Shown here: piece after piece, positions 60,052-64,000 of the stretch | Layout: each line of letters begins with the position of its first letter | How positions within the stretch are numbered: the first letter of the stretch is position 1 | Assembly: GCA_035637115.1 (NCBI GenBank) | Contig: DASPXV010000197.1 | Coordinates: 6,799-70,798 of the forward strand | DNA length: 64,000 nt | Reading direction: 5' to 3' | DNA from: Vicinamibacterales bacterium | GTDB taxonomy: Bacteria; Acidobacteriota; Vicinamibacteria; Vicinamibacterales; 2-12-FULL-66-21 | Notes under the pieces: model-generated | The model's database searches: none | Told to the model about the DNA's origin: nothing | What the model saw: the letters and a program-made list of their open reading frames with translations, nothing else | Translations under genes and position numbers: made by a program

Positions 60052-61881
60052 ATGCGAAAACACCTGATCGTCGCGGTCGCCGCGATCGCGGCCGTCGTGA
60101 CGGTCGGCGCGCAACAGGCGCCGCCACAGCAGCCGCCTGCCCAGACGAAGGCGCAGCCGCCCCAGCAGCCACCCGTATTCCGCGGCGGCACCAACCAGGT
60201 CCGCGTGGATGTCACCGTCTTGAACAAGAAGGGGGATCCGGTCACCGACCTGACGAAGGATGACTTCGAGGTGCGCGAGGATGGCGTCGTTCAGTCGATC
60301 GACAATCTGAAATTGATCGAAGCGACGGGCGCGGCGCCGGAGGACGACACATCGCTGCCGATCCGATCGCAGTATCACGCCGCGGCGGAGGCCGCTCGCG
60401 ACGACATCCGCGTCTTCGTCATCTTCTGGGACGAGTACCACATCGGCGAAATGGCGCCGGCGATTCGCGCGCGGGCGGCCCTCGAGAATTTCGTCCAGTT
60501 CGCGTTCGGCCCGACCGATCTGGTCGCGCTGATGGACCAGCTCACGCCGACCGACGCGATCAAGTTCACGCGCGATCGACGAGAGCTCGCCGAGCAGGTC
60601 CACAAGCTCAAAGGGCGGCAGGGGGTCTACGTGCCTGCGCGCAGCGCTGTCGAGGAGGCGCAGATGTATCGCGCGCGCGACCTCGAGATGTTGCGCGCGC
60701 AGGTGACCGCAACGGCGCTGGAGTCCACGATTGCATTTCTCGGATCGCTGAAGGAAGGGCGCAAGTCCATCCTGTTCGTGTCGCAGACGATCGGCCGCGT
60801 GGGTAACGGTCCCATGGATACGTTCTCATGGCTCAACGGTGCGATCCGCTCCGCCAACGCGAACAACACCACGATCTACGCCTTCGACCCGCGCGGACTT
60901 GATATGAGCACGCGGCCATCAGACATCCTGCACTCGCTGGCGGAGGAGACCGGTGGGCGGCAGATCTCGAACAACGAGCCGGCGATGTCCCTCCGCGAGG
61001 TCGTCAAGAACGCAAGTGCGTTCTACCTGCTCGGTTATGCGTCTGCGAAAAATCCGGCTGATGGGAAGTTCCACAAGATCGCGGTCCGCGTGAAGCGCCC
61101 CGGAATCGAAGTGCGGTCCCGTACCGGCTACTTCGCGCCGGCGCTCACTGACGTGGATGCGGCGAAAAAGGCCGCTTCCGCAAACGAACCGCCCATGGAG
61201 ATTTCTAAGGCGCTCGAGAAGCTCGTGGACGCGCCACACATGACTGTCACGGGCGACCTCTGGGCCGGTGCGTCTCCAGGCGCCGACGGCAGGCCGCGCG
61301 TGACGATCGCGTGGACCTCGCGCGACGCGGCAGAAGATGCCGTCTCGGTGCGCGCAAGCGGCGCCGACGGTCACGTCTATTTCGATGGGCCGCTGCGATC
61401 GAATCACGTGGAGTTCGACGCCGAGCCTGGGACGCTCAGGATTCGGCGCAGCCTGCTCGAATCGGATGGGTCAGTCTCCGACAAGCAGGAGATGATGCTC
61501 GACGTCCCCGACTTCGCAACGGCGCCGCTCTCAATCGGATCGCCGATCCTCTTCCGCGCGCGCACGCCACTCGAACTGCGCGCGATCCAGGCGGAGCCGA
61601 ATCCCGCACCCTTCGCCGGACGCCAGTTCGAGCGCACCGATCGGATCGTCGTCCGCTTCGGCGTCTATGGCTTGGCGGCGAAGGACGCGACCGTCACCGC
61701 CACTCTCCTCAGCCGGCAGGGCGCCAGGCTCGCGAGCATGCCGCTCAAGTCCGTCGCGACGGGAGGGTATGAGATCGATCTGCCGATCGGCTCGGTCGCG
61801 CGCGGCGAGTACGTCTTCGAGATCGCCGCGTCCCACGGCGCTGATCAGGCCAAGACGCTCCTCTCGTTCAAAGTGAACTGA
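60052..61881 (+). CDS. Acidobacterial VWA-domain protein
   Basis: VRVDVTV...G.PV.DL...DF...EDG, GRK, LAEETGG, YLLGY, RTGY. Confidence 0.88.
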   Translation: MRKHLIVAVAAIAAVVTVGAQQAPPQQPPAQTKAQPPQQPPVFRGGTNQVRVDVTVLNKKGDPVTDLTKDDFEVREDGVVQSIDNLKLIEATGAAPEDDTSLPIRSQYHAAAEAARDDIRVFVIFWDEYHIGEMAPAIRARAALENFVQFAFGPTDLVALMDQLTPTDAIKFTRDRRELAEQVHKLKGRQGVYVPARSAVEEAQMYRARDLEMLRAQVTATALESTIAFLGSLKEGRKSILFVSQTIGRVGNGPMDTFSWLNGAIRSANANNTTIYAFDPRGLDMSTRPSDILHSLAEETGGRQISNNEPAMSLREVVKNASAFYLLGYASAKNPADGKFHKIAVRVKRPGIEVRSRTGYFAPALTDVDAAKKAASANEPPMEISKALEKLVDAPHMTVTGDLWAGASPGADGRPRVTIAWTSRDAAEDAVSVRASGADGHVYFDGPLRSNHVEFDAEPGTLRIRRSLLESDGSVSDKQEMMLDVPDFATAPLSIGSPILFRARTPLELRAIQAEPNPAPFAGRQFERTDRIVVRFGVYGLAAKDATVTATLLSRQGARLASMPLKSVATGGYEIDLPIGSVARGEYVFEIAASHGADQAKTLLSFKVN

Positions 61882-61898
61882 CGGACCGGCGACCACTG

Positions 61899-62049
61899 GG
61901 GGTCAGGTCTGCAAATCGCCGCACCCTGGGGTCAGGTCTGTAAATCGCCCCACGGCGGGGTCAGGTCTGGAAATCGGTCGAGACATGGCACCAGCAAAGG
62001 CGATTTGCAGACCTGACCCCTGGTTCGGGCGTTGTTTAGACCTGACCCC
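61899..62049. repeat. REP/BIME-like cluster GGGGTCAGGTCT (3 direct + 2 inverted copies)
   Basis: Direct copies at 61899, 61928 and 61957 (29-nt period); inverted agacctgacccc ending at 62020 and 62049. Confidence 0.85.
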
Positions 62050-63271
62050 CGGGATGGGCCCAGATCTGCGTCAGCTCGACAATGACGGCGACGGCGGCCT
62101 CTAGGTCCTGACGCGACGTCCATTCGAGGCGCGAATGGAAGTTGTGCTCTCCGGCGAACAGATTGGGCGTGGGAAGTCCCATGAACGAGAGCCGCGAGCC
62201 GTCGGTTCCGCCGCGGATCGGGTTTTCAATCGGCGCCAGGCCGACGCGACGGATCGCCTCGCGCGCGCGATCGACGATTCCCGGATGCCGATCCAGCACC
62301 TCGCGCATGTTGCGGTACTGCTCCTTGAGCTCGAACTCGACGCGTGTGCCCGTCTCCGCCGCCACCGTGCGCGTCAGCGCCTCGAGCAACGCCTGCTGAT
62401 CGCGCAGCCCCGACGTCACGAAGTCGCGGAGCAGCACGCGCACCGACGTGCGGTCAACCGATGCCTCGATCTGGTACGGGTGGACGTAACCCTCATACCC
62501 GCTCGTCGTCTCCGGCGAAAGGCGCTTTCGCGGAAGCCGATCGACGAAGCGTGAGGCCGCCTTGATCGCATTGACCATCCGCCCGTGCGCGTAGCCGGGA
62601 TGTGTGTTGAAACCGAGGAAGGTGATCCGCAGCACGTCGGCGGAAAAGCTTTCGAACTCGAGCTCTCCCTTCTTACCGCCATCGAGCGTGTACGCGCACG
62701 TCGCGCCAAACCGCTGGACGTCGAATTTGTCCGCGCCGCGGCCGATCTCTTCATCGGGCGTGAACCCGATGCGGATCGTTCCATGCGGAATCTCCGGGTG
62801 CGCCATCAGGTGCGCAGCCGCCTCCACGATCGCCGCGACACCCGCCTTGTCATCCGCACCCAGCAGCGTCGTCCCTGACGCGGTCACGATGTCGTTCCCG
62901 ATCTGCTCGGCGAGATCCGGATAATCCGCGGCACGCAGGATTGCCGACGGGTCATCCGGCAGGACGATGTCGCTGCCGTCCCATGCGTGGTGAACGATCG
63001 GCGTCACGTTCGTGCCGGACATCTCCGGGGACGTGTCGACGTGCGCGATGAACCCAACGATCGGCGCGTCGTGCGAGATCGTCGCCGGCACGGTTGCCAT
63101 CAGGTAGCCGTTGCCGTCGAGGACCACGTCCGCAAGGCCGATGGCTCGCAGTTCGTCGGCGAGAAGACGCTGGAGGACCAGTTGCCCGGGCGTACTCGGA
63201 CACGTCGCCGAGCTTTCGGCGGCGCGTGTATCGATCGCGACGTAGCGCAGAAACCGATCAAGAACGGTCAT
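62036..63271 (-). CDS. pepT: peptidase T (tripeptide aminopeptidase)
   Basis: RFLRYV.IDT, PSTPGQ, AHVDT, LGADDKAG, TPDEEIG, PIRGGTDG, HNFHS. Confidence 0.95.
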   Translation of the reverse strand: MTVLDRFLRYVAIDTRAAESSATCPSTPGQLVLQRLLADELRAIGLADVVLDGNGYLMATVPATISHDAPIVGFIAHVDTSPEMSGTNVTPIVHHAWDGSDIVLPDDPSAILRAADYPDLAEQIGNDIVTASGTTLLGADDKAGVAAIVEAAAHLMAHPEIPHGTIRIGFTPDEEIGRGADKFDVQRFGATCAYTLDGGKKGELEFESFSADVLRITFLGFNTHPGYAHGRMVNAIKAASRFVDRLPRKRLSPETTSGYEGYVHPYQIEASVDRTSVRVLLRDFVTSGLRDQQALLEALTRTVAAETGTRVEFELKEQYRNMREVLDRHPGIVDRAREAIRRVGLAPIENPIRGGTDGSRLSFMGLPTPNLFAGEHNFHSRLEWTSRQDLEAAVAVIVELTQIWAHPGGQV

Positions 63272-64000
63272 CTATCCTGAACTCGAAGGAGTCGAAGTCT
63301 TCGAAGGACTTCGAAGGATCTCCTTCGACCTTCGGCCCTTCGAAGTATCGAAGATCGAAGGTGCTCCTTCGCCTTTCTTCGAGTCCTCCGACTCCTTCGA
63401 GTTGAGAAGAATCGCGAGCTGCTGCGATGACGACTCGTGGACGATCAGCTGGTCGCAACGGCGGATCGCCTCGCGCGGATTCCGATCCCGCGCGAGTTCC
63501 ACCGAGAAGACATCGTGACACGCATGCAGGTAGCGCACGATCGTGCCGAGCGCGTTTCCCTGGTACGCGAGCCAGGTTCCGAACAGCCTCGCGGCGAGCC
63601 ATCGTTTGACGGCGGGATCTTCGGGCGCCAGTTCGGCGGTCGGCGGCGGCGCGAGCATGCCGAATGCGTCGAGCACGGCGTGCTCCAGCGGGAGTCCCTC
63701 GGACGGCGTCCACTGTTCGATGCGCGCGGTGACGTCGGACAGCGCGCGCAAGGCAACACGCGGCGCGATGCCGCTGCGCGTCAGCAACTCGATCGCGCGC
63801 TGCTCCCACGCCGTGTAGCTCTCCAGATCCATCATGACGCCAGGGCGCAGCACCGGCGGCCAGACATCCCGCGCATCGAGTCCGTCGAGCACGCCGTCAC
63901 CTGTCAGCGATGCCGGTGCATCGACAATGCCCACAGGACCGTCGTCATCGAACAACATGCCGGCTGCCGTCGGGCAGTAATGCGACAACGAGATGAAGGT
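63272..64000 (-). CDS. hypothetical protein (possibly YkgJ/FliB-like Cys cluster), 5' end outside window
   Basis: SLSHYCPTAA motif; frame open to the window edge; abuts the pepT start. Confidence 0.5.
   Translation of the reverse strand, partial: TFISLSHYCPTAAGMLFDDDGPVGIVDAPASLTGDGVLDGLDARDVWPPVLRPGVMMDLESYTAWEQRAIELLTRSGIAPRVALRALSDVTARIEQWTPSEGLPLEHAVLDAFGMLAPPPTAELAPEDPAVKRWLAARLFGTWLAYQGNALGTIVRYLHACHDVFSVELARDRNPREAIRRCDQLIVHESSSQQLAILLNSKESEDSKKGEGAPSIFDTSKGRRSKEILRSPSKTSTPSSSG
63280..63403. repeat. second TCGAAG palindromic element, within an ORF 3' end
   Basis: aactcgaaggagtcgaag ... ctccgactccttcgagtt; same ends as 56206-56520. Confidence 0.85.

Noticed and set aside
61899..62049. 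Mini CRISPR array
   Set aside because: The period is only 29 nt with ~7-nt variable parts, copies occur in both orientations, and there are no cas genes; REP-like

Overview
High-GC bacterial chromosomal window. The lineage is most likely Acidobacteriota (Vicinamibacteria-like), inferred from six full-length orphan MacB-type 'ADOP' permeases, an Acidobacterial-type PadR and an Acidobacterial VWA protein. Recognisable housekeeping genes are glnS, an EfpL/YeiP-type EF-P paralogue, pilT, hrpB, xth and pepT, plus a split LigD/LigC-type primase-polymerase and ligase pair. Carbohydrate-related genes include a GH29 fucosidase, a GHL10 hydrolase, a heparinase II/III-like lyase, a Gfo/Idh/MocA oxidoreductase and a TIM-barrel/enolase fusion. 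There is also a YCII-ECF sigma-YCII module. I saw no rRNA, tRNA, CRISPR array, transposase or phage genes. The most unusual signals are non-coding. (1) A ~165-nt nested-hairpin element occurs in two diverged full copies with extensive compensatory changes, plus one partial copy, and its terminal TAG is the stop codon of the adjacent gene in all three cases. (2) A TCGAAG-based palindromic satellite has co-duplicated the 3' end of a neighbouring gene at one site and is read in frame by another gene at a second site. (3) Two further REP-like palindrome families are present. Five genes are collapsed, truncated or chimeric remnants, and many start codons lie 6-10 nt downstream of a TANNNT box, suggesting leaderless transcription. 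All product calls come from motif recognition by eye; no database searches were run.
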